Assembly (NCBI RefSeq): GCF_032191835.1
Contig: NC_083230.1
Coordinates: 68,076,001 to 68,140,000, forward strand
Origin: Heteronotia binoei
Taxonomy: Eukaryota
Direction of reading: 5' to 3'
Length of the DNA stretch: 64,000 nt
Of this stretch, positions 24,840-36,730 are shown piece after piece. Numbering within the stretch: the first letter of the stretch is position 1; the number at the start of each line of letters is the position of its first letter. The notes beneath the pieces were generated by a model. That model was not told the DNA's origin. It searched no databases and worked only from the letters and a program-made list of their open reading frames with translations. Position numbers and translations under genes: made by a program.

Positions 24840-26130
24840 AAGCAGAGAGATGGCAAAAGCAGCCCCGTGGCTACCCCCAATTTAAAGACCTTGCTGGCTG
24901 GTGGAATCTTTAAATGGGAGGAAGGTGCCTTTGTCACCTTCTCGCAAGTTGGGGAGGCAGCAAGGCAGCCCTGCAACTTCCTTCCCCATATAAACACCCT
25001 GCTGGGGTGTTTAAATGGGGAGGGAGAGGCAGATTGCCTGTCTTTGCTGTTGTCCTGAAGGCAGCCCCACGGCTTCCCTCCCCATTTAAACATCCTGCAG
25101 GATGTTTAAAAGGGGGAGGCAGATTGCCTGCCTTTGCCATCTCCTTGCAAGGTGGAGAGGCAGCAAAGGCAGCCCCATGGCTTCCCTTCTGATTTAAACA
25201 CCCCACTGGGGTATTTCAATTAAATTTAATTAAATGCTACCAGGGTATTTAAATGGGGAGGGGGAGACAGATCACCTGCCTCCCATTTTTTGAGGTTTTA
25301 CTATGTTGCTACTTTGTTTTTATTTTGTAATCCTAACTTTATTCTGTATGGATTTTGTACTCTTTTAATCTGTAACCTGGCCGACCCTCTATTTTATATT
25401 TTTATATATGCCAAAGAAGGTTGTCATATATGTGTAAATTTAATTAAATACCACCGGGGTATTTAAATGAGGATTTAATTAAATTTTATTAATTTAAATT
25501 TAATGAAATACCTCTGGGGTCTTTAAATGGGGAGGGAGAAGCAGATCCCCTGCCTTTGCCATCTCCCCACAAGGCAGGGAGGCAGGAAAGGCAGCCCCAC
25601 AGCTTCCCTTCCCATTTAAAAATCCTGCAGGATGTTTAAATGGGGGGGGGAGGCAGATTGCCTGCCTTTGCTGTCTCCCCACAAGACAGGGAGGTGGGAA
25701 AGGCAGCCCTGCGGCTTCCCTCCCCGTTTAAACACCCTGCTAGCGTGTTTAAATGGGGAGGGAGAGGCATATCGCCTACCTTTGCCATCTCCCCACAAGG
25801 CGGGGAGGCGGGAAAGGCAGCCCCAGGGCTTCCTTCCCTATTTAAATACCCTGCAGGGTTTTTAAATGGGGGGGGGGGCAGATTTTCTGCCTTTGCCATT
25901 TCCCTGCAAGGAGGAGAGGTGGCAAAGGCAGCCTCATGGCTTCCCTCCTGATTTAAACACCAGCCAGGGTATTTTAATTAAATTTAATTAAATACTGCCA
26001 GGGTATTTAAATGTGTATGGGTATTAAATACTATTGGGGTGTTTAAATGGGAAAGGGAGGGCAGATCGCCTGTCTTTCCCATCTCACCGCAAGGCAGGGA
26101 GGCGGGAAAGGCAGCCCCATGGCTTTTCTC
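24840..26130. repeat. Diverged ~110-bp minisatellite array (8-10 units) with AT-rich palindromic spacers
   Basis: Recurring ggcagattgcctgcctttgccatctccccacaaggc...aaaggcagcccc...cccatttaaacaccctgc near 25029, 25118, 25265, 25540, 25651, 25765, 25877, 26060. Confidence 0.85.
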
Positions 26131-26474
26131 CATACAACTACCCATCTAAACTAAATTTCCATTTGAATACCTCACTAGTAGCCCATTGAGGCCTGAAAGA
26201 TATTCATAATTTTGGCTGGAGCAAATGTATATTCCTTATACCCTAACTGAGAGATTTGAATAATATATATTTAAGATGAAGGACTCATACAAATTTTTAG
26301 GTATTCTGAACTAATTTTCAAAAGCTTCCCTTGATATGCCTACAGATCATTTGCTTGAACTGGTTCTTCTAGCATTATCTCAAATTTTGCATTAAACTAA
26401 ATCCACTGCAAACTCAAGTATGTGCCCTACACTAAGCTGCAGTAAATTCAGTTTAATGCAAAATTTTCTGTAGT

Positions 26475-27165
26475 GCCATGGCTCAGTGGTAGAGCAGCAG
26501 CTCTCCACAGTCTCAGACAACTCAATGCAGACTGGCAGCAGCCATACAGAGTCTCAGGCAGAAAAGGTCTCTTATATCACCTACTACCTGATCCCGTTAA
26601 CTGGATGTCCCAGGTTCAATCTCTGGAATCTCCAGTTAAGAGGATCAGGTAGTAGGTGATGTGAGGCCGCTAGCAGACAGCTGGCTCAGGGCAGAATCAA
26701 GCTGATCTGGAAGTGAGCTGGCAAGAAAAGAAGCACTCAGGAGTGTCCTGATAGTCTGCAGAAGAAGGATGGGCCACAGGTGCTCTAGGGAGCATCTGGA
26801 GTGCTACAGTCTGTGGCTCTCTGGGCACTTTCCAGCCATCTAGACAGCCAGGGAGGTGCCTTGGAGGCACCCCAGTGAAAAGGCACCACTTTCAAAGTGG
26901 TGCCTTTTCAATCCGGCCCCCAGTAAGTTGGGGATGGCTCGGGGGCAGGGTGGGGTGGGGGCGGCAGGCAGATGTGCATGTGTAGACTCAGTTTTTAGAT
27001 CTGCTTGTCTGCCATCTCCAGGGTGGCTTTTACCGCCCATCTGTAAGCAGCCTGAGAGACCTTTTCTGCTTGAGACCCTGCAGAGCTGTTGTCAGTCTGA
27101 GTAGACAATAATGACTTCGGTGGATTGATAGTCTGATTTGGTATAGGGCAGCTTCATGTGTTCAT
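26475..27165 (+). mobile_element. Rearranged tRNA-derived SINE with fold-back inversion and internal insertion
   Basis: A-box ggctcagtggtagagc at ~26480, B-box ggttcaatc at ~26613, tail cagcttcatgtgttcat at ~27165; same family as 48457-48670. Confidence 0.65.
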
Positions 27166-28193
27166 CTAATTCTTTGCAAGGCAGAGGACAGAAGGCAGAA
27201 CAAAAAAAGGTAGATGAATGAGAGAGAAAAGATGGAGATGCTGGGGGATGGAAGGAGGGAAAGCTAAAGATTAGAGGGAAGCAGATACGGATTGTTGGGG
27301 CAAGAGAGGGAGGGAGGGAGGAAGAGAGAGAAGGAAGCAGGGAAAGCGGAGAGTCTATGAAGACTGGCTGGGGAGAGGAAATAGAGTGGGGATGGTGAAC
27401 AGGTGTGCCCCTGTGAGTCCTTGCAGGCCTTCCACTTGTTCAAAACTAATCCAGTAATATATCATTGTCCTAGAATGGGAATAATATGTATATATTATGT
27501 TGGAAGATGATGGAAACACTAATATGAGAATTTGGCTCCCACCCAGCCAAGTGGCCGCTAAGGCTGGGAGCCATCCATTGCCTCCCCGGAAGGATAAGAG
27601 GCAGTGGACTCTTCCTGGCTGGGCGGGGGTGAGGTTCGCCTTATAAGGCCGAACCTGCCCCCGGTGGCACAGTTTTGAAGCCGCGTTTGGTGGAGCCGAT
27701 CAGCGCACGGTGGCTAAGTGCTCTGGCGGCTTTTGGTGCGGTCCTTGGCAGCTGGGAAGTGTTCTCTCGCAACCTATGAGGGTGACATCTTCTGCAGTGT
27801 GGAGCGTGCGGCGGTTAGCAGCTGGGAGCCTCGGCGTCAGGTGAAGTGGGCGTCATTGTGCAGACATATCTTCGTGCTGCGGAGTCGGTGGTGGCTTTTG
27901 GCGGGATGAAGGCGGCTGGCTGAAGAAGAGCACCGGGGCAGCTAAAAGGGTCTTTGAGGGTCCCCCCACATCTTTCTGTTAGAAGGGGCCATCAGCGTGT
28001 TGTGGATGGCCTCCAGGGGGGTGGCTGTTTTGGGTGTCAGTGGCAAAGGCCATTCAGGGGTCGGTTTCGGCTTGCTGAGTCCCGTTGAGATAGGGAGCTT
28101 GGCCAGCTTCGCTATTGGGCTAGGCCTTGGGGAGTCCTTGGTTGAGTGGTGTGGGGTTGTTTGGAGTCCTCCAGAGAGCCTTTTTAAGAGAGC

Positions 28194-29679
28194 ATGGGGC
28201 CTAAAAAAGGGCAAGGCCCATCCAAGGGGAAACAGCTGGCCAAAAGGCCTCTTAAAAGGCCGGCTCCTGCCCAGCCCCCGGCTGATGAGGGGGATGAGGT
28301 GGTGACGCGGCAGGCCATCCTGGATCACCTGGCCATTTTGGAGGAGGCAAGAGGGTTGGCAGGCCCGTCACAACGATTTGCTGGGCTTAAGGGTTCTGGT
28401 AGGGCTGCCACCATTTCTTTTCAGAGAGAGGTGCTCGCACGGCTTTCTGCCTTACAGGGTGCCGACAAAGGCGTGAATAGTCTAAGTGATGCAGTGCCGA
28501 ATGATGAGGAACAGCGGGAGGAGCCTGAAGTGGTTGCAGTGGTGCCTAACAATGTGGAAGGTAAGACACCGGCTCGGCAACAAGGGGTGATGTGGCCATG
28601 GGGTCCCAAATGTTGCCTCAGTTTCTGGGCCGGCTGTTGTGTCCCCTGCGTCTGGGTCGCCCCATTGTGGCGGGGGTCCACTCATAAGTCAGCAAGGGGC
28701 CTCTGGGGCGATGCCTCATCAGTTGGGTAGCCCGCTTCCATTCCAGGTCTGGCAGCCTTGGAGCTCGGCCACAGCGGTAGGAGGTCAGGTTGGTAGCACG
28801 GGGACAGCGGGGTTTTCGGCGGCAGGAGGCATGTTGCCTTGGAGTCAGCAGCAAGCGGCTTCTTCGCCTCCAGCCTGGTCTTCGCAACAGTGGGGTGGTT
28901 GGGGATTTCCATCCCATCCCCCAGTCCCTTATAGTATGGTGGCATTTCATGCTCTACCTTTTGGTGATTCTGCCATGCTGCTAGGCAATCACCTTAAGGT
29001 GGCAACCAAGGAGAAGATCTTAAAAGGTGAATACGTGGACGTGTTCAGCCTGTTATATAGAGAGCTGGAAAAGAAATCCAAGGATGAGCTAGACGAAAAG
29101 GATAAGGAGAAGTTGAAGCGGCAGAAGGTAGATAGGTCTTGGTCGAATTGGCTGCTGGGATTTCTTATATATGCGGGGGTCATTGCCAGGGCCCAGCCTT
29201 GGAGGGCAGCCCCGCTATTCCAGTATTGCGATATAATTTACCACGCGTATAACGTTTTTCGGGTGGGGCGTGGCTGCAGTACGATGAAGAATTCCATATG
29301 CGAGCGGTGGTTAATCCTGGTCTCCCATGGGACCAGATCAATCAGCAGCTCTGGTTGCAGTTTATGGCACCCGCGAAGCCAAATACTGGGGATAGATCCG
29401 ACAGTGGTCATCTTGTACAGAAGACTGCTCATTCTGCTGGCACCCACACAGTTGTGGGGCAGTCGGTTCAGCCACGGCTGCTTTGCTGGGAGTTCACCTC
29501 CCAAGGCACATGTGCCAGAAAGGCTTGCAGGTACAAACATGAGTGTCTGCTGTGTGGAGGGCTGCATGCTTTCATGGCCTGCAATAGGTCCAAACCAAAA
29601 AGAACCAACAGACGGCCGGGGCGGGGCAAGTCACCCTCCTGGAAAAGGGGCCCAGCCCCATACAGCTGAGGGTTCTTAA
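28194..29679 (+). pseudogene. YR-retrotransposon gag-like ORF1 (frameshifted)
   Basis: KEKILKGEYVDVFSLL, W.NWLLGFLIYAGVI, W..YDEEF and a C-terminal Cys/His finger CWEFTSQGTC...CRYKHECLLCGGLH. Confidence 0.85.
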
Positions 29680-29686
29680 GGAGTTA

Positions 29687-31295
29687 TTGCAGTATTATCC
29701 TTGTGCCGAGGAGAGAAGGTATCTGTGGGAAGGGTTTTCCCTGGGGTTCAGAATTCCTTACCATGGTCCCCGGACCCCGTTTTCTTGTTCTAATTTACGG
29801 TCTGTTCGTGGTTTAGAGCACATAGTTAGGGCTAAAATTAAGGAGTATGCGGAGGGGCGAGTGTTGGGCCCTTTTGCGGTTCCTCCGGTGCCCAATTTGC
29901 AGGTTTCCCCCTTGGGTGTGGTACCTAAGAAAGCTGCTGGTGAGTTTTGTTTAATTCACCATTTGTCTTACCCGAGGGGGCGGTCTGTGAATGACACCAT
30001 TCCCCCGGAATTATGTTCAGTTAAATACACATCTTTTGACAGGGCGGTGCGGATTGTGCGTCATTGTTGTGTGCCGAGCTGGCGAAATGTGACATTAAGT
30101 TGGCTTTTCGCCTTCTCCCCGTGCACCCAGACGATTTTGAACTGTTAGGCTTTATGTTCGAAGGCAGTTTTTATTTAGATAGAGCGCTGCCAATGGGGTG
30201 TTCTTTATCTTGCACTGCGTTAGAGCGTTTTAGTACTTTTTTAGAATGGGCGCTTCGGTTTAGGACAGGGGTGCGTGATACGGCGCATTACCTGGATGAC
30301 TTTATTTTTTGTGGGCCCTGTGGATTCTGGGCAATGCTCTTGGTTGTTGATGGAGGAGCTAGGTGTTCCCTTAGCTAGGGAAAAGACCGAGGGCCCAGTT
30401 ACAGTTCTGACCCTTTTGGGTATCGAGCTTGATACTGTGCATCAGCTATCAAGACTGCCGTGCAACAAGTTGGGCTGTGCTAGTTAAGCGTAAGGTCACC
30501 CTTTTAGAGTTGCAGCAACTGGTGGGCCACCTGAACTTTGCCTGCAAGGTGGTGGCCCCCGGTCATGCATTTCTTAGGCAGTTTTGTGATGGCATGGTTG
30601 CCTTGCATGCACCGCATCATTATACCCGGGTTACAGAGGGGATGCACAGTGACCTGGAGGTCTGGGAGTCGTTTTTGAGGTATTTCAACAGCTTCTCTTT
30701 CTGGCGGGAAGTCATGCAGTTGAATACGGACCTTCAGATTGTCTCGGATGCTGCCGGTTCTACTGGCTTTGGTGTGTACTTTCGGGGGCATTGGTGCACC
30801 GATTGTTGGCCGAGTGAGTGGTTGGACTCTGAATTATGTCATAACTTGACTTTTTTGGAATTTGTTCCCATTGTGGTCGCTATTTTTCTATGGGGACATT
30901 CTCTGGCCAACCACACGGTTCACTTCTGGTGTGACAACATGGCAGTTGTCCATGTTGTCAACCACCTGACCTCCTGGTCCAAGCCAGTTATGAGGATGGT
31001 TCGGGCATTTACTTTGCGTTGCCTTAAGTTAAACGTTTTGTTTTTGGCAAAGCATGTTCTAGGCATTTATAATGGAGTGGTGGATGCCCTGTCTTGCCAA
31101 CAGATGGTGCAATTTCGTCTGCTAGCTCCAGCGGCCGACCCGTTACCCGCTCACATCCCCGTGGAGTTGTGGCAGATTGGAGGGATGAAGTTAGCTGGAC
31201 AATCCACCTCGCCATATCACCTAGCACGAAAAGGTCATATGACCTGGCAGCTAGTCAGTTTACTGTTTTTCAGGAAGGGGCGGGGCTACCTGTGA
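29687..31295 (+). pseudogene. Reverse transcriptase / RNase H (frameshifted)
   Basis: SPLGVVPKK, LIHHLSYP, AKCDIKLAFRLLPV, LPMGCSLS, HYLDDF; RNase H DAAGSTGFG, LEFVPI, WCDNMAVV, DALS. Confidence 0.92.
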
Positions 31296-32052
31296 CATGG
31301 CCGGCACCAGTCGAGCATCTGCTGCAGTTTTGTGTTTGGCAGAATGAGAGAGGTTTCTCGGTGAAATCCATCAAAGGATAGCTGGCTGCCTTGTCCTTCC
31401 TAAGTAAAGCCCGGGGGTATCAGGAGGTGACTAAGGATTTTCGTATGCTAAAGATGTTAGAGGGATGGTCTCAGGAGGTGGGGCAACGGGTTGATCGTAG
31501 GCAGCCAATTCCCCAGCAATCCTACAAGGTTTGTATGCCACTTGGGCTTTGGTTTGTGCCATAGCCTTCGATGAGGCACTTTTTCATGCAGCCGCCTTGA
31601 TGGCTTTTTTGGGGGCCTTGCGGGTGTCCGAGTTGGTGGTACTTTCCCGTAAGGATATTTCTGTTAGGGCTCTCCAGGTTGGGGATGTTAAATTTGTTGA
31701 TGGTCAGTTGGTGCTATGTGTCCGACGGTCTAAGACGGATCAGATGCAGCAGGGTTGCACGGTCACTTTTGGACCTTGCTTGGAGAGGGATCTGTGTCCG
31801 GTTGCTGCCCTCGTGCATTATGTGGACTTGCGAGGGTCAGCAGATGGCCCTTTGTTTCGCCATCATGATAGCACCTCTTTGACCAAATATCAATTTTGGA
31901 CGGTTACTAGCGTCAAATTTGGCACCCATTCTTTCAGGATCGGAGCCGCGTCCACAGCCGCAGCTTTGGGTTACGGGGGTGAGGCCATTCATCGTGTGGG
32001 ACGATGGAGATCTGGGGCTTATCAGGCCTACATTTGGCCTTTGGGGTCGTAA
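31094..32052 (+). pseudogene. Tyrosine recombinase (frameshifted)
   Basis: ALRVSELV, RSKTDQ, LCPV, THSFRIGAA, GRWRSGAYQAY: the R-K-HxxR-W-Y catalytic set. Confidence 0.92.
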
Positions 32053-32151
32053 GAAGGTCTTCCTGTGGCAACCTTGCCCTCGGCGCTGTTCAGTGTTCTG
32101 TTTTGTTTTAAAAAAGAGAGAGAGAGAATTCTAATGGTTGTTCTGTTTTAG

Positions 32152-32751
32152 GTGCTGTGGCTGGCGCTGAAAGGAGGCGGATCCTCATATGTGGCCACAG
32201 TATCGTTTTCTGGGTGGCACATCAGGTTCGACGGACTGCAGTCGGCTCACAGTTGGACCTGAGTGAGCGGGCCGTGATTGAGTGGCGGGGTCGCTGGGGC
32301 ATGAGGTGGTCAGGGCTTCTTTCGCTTCTCTTTAAGGAAAGAAGGGCCCGCCACTGCATATGTTGGTGATCCACCTGGGGGAGAATGATTTGATCCTAGT
32401 AAAGGGTAAGGCCCTTTCACTTCAGGCCCGGGATGACATCTCTTTGATCAAGAGAAGGTGGCCGGGCGTCCTTATCCTGTGGTCGGCCATGCTGCCGCGC
32501 AGAAATGGCGGGCTGCATGGGATCCAGCAGGTTTGGAGAGAGCCCGGAGGAAGGCCAATAGGGCCTTGCAACTTGCCCTTGAGGGAGGGCTTGGAGTCTA
32601 TGTGCCGCATCCATCCACTAAGGCTGGTTTTCAGGATTTGTACAGGGCAGATGGGGTCCATCTTTCATTAAAGGGGAATGAGGCCTTTTTGGCCGATATA
32701 TGGCAAGGTCTAGAACATGTTCTAGGCGTTGGTGTTGGTACAGTTGCCTAA
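32152..32751 (+). pseudogene. SGNH/GDSL hydrolase ORF (two frameshifts)
   Basis: Block I ILICGHS, block III VIHLGENDL, block V DGVHLS, spread over ORFs 32157, 32360 and 32458; preceded by branch point and acceptor ctaat...ttctgttttag. Confidence 0.85.
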
Positions 32752-34899
32752 GCTGAGGCTTGGCTCTGTTTGTGGCCGTTTTCTGTTGGGAACATGTTTT
32801 GTAGGGGATTGGTGAGCTCCTGTGGCACTGCACCATTGCGCTGAGTGGCCTCCTGGGGCACAAGGTTGGCTCCAGGGAGCTTAGGGATCCCGTCACACGG
32901 AGAGTTGTCCACATCCCAGGCTGTATGGCTTGGGTGAGGGTGGAACTCAGGTGAAGGGGATCTTGTGGTCTGGCCGGCCGGATCTAAGCCGTTTGGTTGG
33001 CTCACACCCGGGGCTTTGGGGCTCGCCCTGTTTTCAGGTTAAGGAGGTGGTCTGGTATTGACCCCTGGCTTTTCCTGTCCCCATCGTTTGGCCCTTGCCG
33101 TTAAGTTAATAAAATGGCCCTTTAATCCATATCTTTGTCTGTCTTGTTATTCCAACTGGGGAGGCAATACACATTTTTCTTTCCTGCTTTTTGAAGTTTA
33201 GAACATCCCTAATGATTGTTGATATATTAGATCTCCCTATTATAGGATAATGGCAATCACCTATTAAAGTGGCATTGCTAAGCCAATGTTGGATGTGTAT
33301 ACATGAAAGCATTCACAACATAAAATGTGGTTACAGTTTATCTCTATTTTTATATGTCAACTACTCACTATGGAAACTGGTCAAGTTCCTAAATTTGGTT
33401 AATGTGCTCTGGGTAACACCTAAGCTGTCACTGCACAAAATGAGCATGTCAGTAACTGGAACTAGGAAAACTAATTGGCTGAAGGTTGTCCCTGGCTTTG
33501 ATGCATTTGCTTTATGGTCTGGCCAAACAAAATATTACTATCAAACTGGTGCTCATGCCATACATTAATAGCAGTATAGCATTTTATAGATTTGCGTCAT
33601 TCTGTTTGTCCAATAAATAAATATAATAAAAAAATAAAATAGATAAAGCTGAGTCTCCTTCCCCTTGTCTATTGGAGAACAGCTATGTTATTGTGCAGGT
33701 TCAGGTCCCCACTCTGTAATGAGGCTTGTTTTGGCTAGTCACTCTCTCTCTCTCAATCTAACCTACCTCACAGGTTTGTTGTGAGAATAGAACAGGGAAG
33801 GAAATATATGCTGCCTTAAGATCCTTGGAAGAAATGTACTCAACATAGTGATACAATAGATATGAATATATGGCAAGTAGGCAAACTGTCATTCCTGGTG
33901 CATTATTTCTCTGCTGCCTTTCTGGGTCCAGGAATTCTACATATTTTACTTCTGTTCTGTTGCTTACTTGTTACTGGGACCTATACCTCTTTCTGTAACT
34001 CATTCTGTGTGACCATTGACTTGGCACTTGTAGTTGTCTTCACCTATCCTTTGATTTTAGTAATCATCATCTCAGTCGAATACTTTCTAGAAAGCCCATG
34101 GATGTAGCAGGCTAATGTTCTCCTTGAAACATTTTCTTCTGCTGGAATAAGCTTCAGGGACAGAACTGGTCCTAACATTATTTCTTTATAAGTAAAACAT
34201 GATTCCACCCCCATCCCACTTTCTTCATGGCTGGAATGGGACTGAATGATTTAACAATATCATTTAAAGTATTTTCCTGGTATCTCCATTGGGTTGTGAT
34301 AGGCAGATAGTTTTTATAACTTTTTTTATAAAACAATAATAAAGTGTACTAAACAGACAGATGAAAGGAATACAAATCAATTTATCTCTAGCCTACAATT
34401 AGAATCTACAAAGAGTTGTGAAGGCTTTAGTAATATGTTAGCTAGGTTGTCAGACTTCTGAAAAGTAGAAATAGAGATAAGGAACAACTGTAAAACAACC
34501 TCTATGCAATGTAACCAACTATATTGACATCAATTTATATCACAAAGAATTCATTCATAGGTTTCATTGAAGGATTCTAATAGGGTGCAACTCTTAGTTC
34601 AGTTATAGTCCAATAAAGGTGCAATGAAAAGAAGAGTTCACCAATGCTTAAAATGTTCTGGGCCTGCAATTAGTCCATTCTTGATGTGTAAATTTCCAGT
34701 ATAGACTTTTCCAATTATTTCAACTCCATTGAACCTGGAAGACGCGGGTTCAAATATGCCATGAAACTCACTGGGTGACCTTCTCCCTTCTCAGCCTAAA
34801 CAATCTCAAAATATTGTTGTGAGGATAAAATGGAGATCAGGTGAATAGTGTAAACCACATAGGGTTGCCTTTGGGGAGAGAAGTGGGATATAAATATCT

Positions 34900-35189
34900 G
34901 CCCCGTGGCGCAAAGTGGTAAACTGCAGTACTATACTCCAAGCTCTGCTCACAGCCTGAGTTCAATCCTGGCAGAAGCTGAGTTCAAGTAGCCGGCTCAG
35001 TTGACTCAGTTTTCTATCCTTCTGAGGTCAGTAAAATGAGTACCCAGTTTGGTGGGGGTAAAGTGTAGATGACTGGGGAAGACAATGGCAAACCACCCTG
35101 TAGAAGTCTGCCATGAAATCATCATGATGTGACATCACCCATGGGTCAGTAACAATGCTGTGCTTGCACAGGGGACTACCTTTACCTTT
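34900..35189 (+). mobile_element. Sauria-type SINE
   Basis: gccccgtggcgcaaagtggtaaactgcagtac ... ggggaagacaatggcaaaccacc ... acctttaccttt. Confidence 0.8.
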
Positions 35190-35829
35190 TAAAAATAATT
35201 ATTAATGACAAGGGAGCAACAGTGCATCCCCTGTTCACTGAGAGTGGTCATCAAGGCATTAAAAAAGAGAGAGTGTAAAGGAGTGGGTACACTAGGCATA
35301 AGAGCTGTATTTGATCAGATGAAACATGGATAACAGTGAGGTGTCAAAAATCTCCATCATCCTCCCTCACCAGCCTATTGAATGATGGCAGAGAATGGGG
35401 GCCTGGACTGGCTGGTCTCCCCCTACAGGAGGCGACCTGGCCTCATTTTTTAACATTATCTAAAATATTATAGAACAGGACAAGTTGAGCATACCACTTT
35501 GTATGTCAGATGCATGTGTGTTTGCACTTCACTAAAATATTTCACAATTTCAAACCAGGTGCTTTATGTTTCTGAACTAAACCGATTAAAGACAGGAAAG
35601 GAGACTGAGGTTTGTTATTTACAAGGCTGTTGTGGGGCTTCACTATATCTCCTCATCTATATGAGGAGATCAGCATCCTGAAAAAAATGTTGTGAGTTGT
35701 TATTTCCTGCAGTATTGTTAAGCAGTCAAGAAGATAATTCTGTAGACTGAACAACAGGTTATTTCCTAGGTTGTTATGGTAATTTTATCATCTCTCCCTT
35801 TTCCTCAAAATATGGCAAATATTACTCAC

Positions 35830-36730
35830 TGTTAATCTGATTGACTTGGAGGTAGTAATTTTCAAGGTGTTCATTAACTGTTGGAATGCTCTTCAGTTGA
35901 TTGTAGGAGAGATCCAGCTCAACAAGGGTGGAAATATTGAAAGCATTGCCTGGTATTCCAGAATCTGTCAACTTATTGTGAGAGAGACGTAAAAACTGCA
36001 GTGTTTTAAAACCTTGGAAATATTCATCAGGAATGTTGGTAATCTCATTGTTGTCAAAATATAGCATCAGTATATTAGGGGGTAGTCCCAGAGGCAATTT
36101 AGAAAGTTTATTGTAACTGAGATCAAGATACAAAAGTGAATCCAAGCCTTTAAAAACCCCAGAAAGTGAATCTTCTGTCAGTTGGTTGTGCTGTAGGTGA
36201 ACAACAGTTAGATTCACTAATCCTTCTAATGTATTGGGGTTGATTTTTGAAATCTTGTTGTGAGTGAGTTGTAGGTCATCCATGGTATTGGGAAGTGGCC
36301 CAACAACCTCAGTTAAGTTGTTGTAGTTAATATGCAGTTTTTTCAAATTCTTTAATTTGGCGAACACTTTACCTTTAATTTTTGAATTTTCCAAATGGTT
36401 ATTATCTAGGATTAGCCACTCCAGGTCTGTTACATTATTAAAAGCATTATCTTCGATTCCTTCAATCATATTATTTCGCACATATAGGTATTTAATTCCA
36501 GAAGGAATGATTGGAAGACTTTTCAGTTTAAGGTTATCACAATACATGGCTGATGGATAAGTTACAGGGCAATTACATTCTGGTGCACAGAGTGCTGTTG
36601 ATGGCCCATACATGGGATGAGCATAACCATAATCTGGGTCTGGAGGATAATATCCAGCATGATCATAATCATATTGACAGAAGATGCCAGTGATCAAGAA
36701 AAGGAAGAAAGGAAGAGAATTCAGATGCAT
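35830..36730 (-). CDS. LUM: Lumican main coding exon
   Basis: MHLNSLPFFLFL...CAPECNCPVTYPSAMYCDNLKLKSLPIIPSGIKYLYVRNN...FKTLQFLRLSHN. Acceptor ccttcaacag|A (exon starts 36750), donor AACA|gtgagt at 35830/35829. Confidence 0.97.

Larger units (their letters stand above)
27533..33169 (+). mobile_element. Tyrosine-recombinase retrotransposon, Ngaro-like (gag, RT/RNaseH, YR, SGNH hydrolase), antisense in LUM intron 2
   Basis: Four overlapping, frameshifted coding regions with diagnostic motifs; TATA at 27642, AATAAA at 33108; no DIRS1-type methyltransferase domain seen. Confidence 0.92.

Noticed and set aside
24840-26130. CRISPR-like repeat array
   Set aside because: Eukaryotic DNA; units are whole diverged tandem repeats without unique spacers.
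36640-36680. Tyr/Asp-rich lumican N-terminus longer than in mammals
   Set aside because: Tyr-rich sulfation segments are normal for lumican and vary in length among vertebrates.
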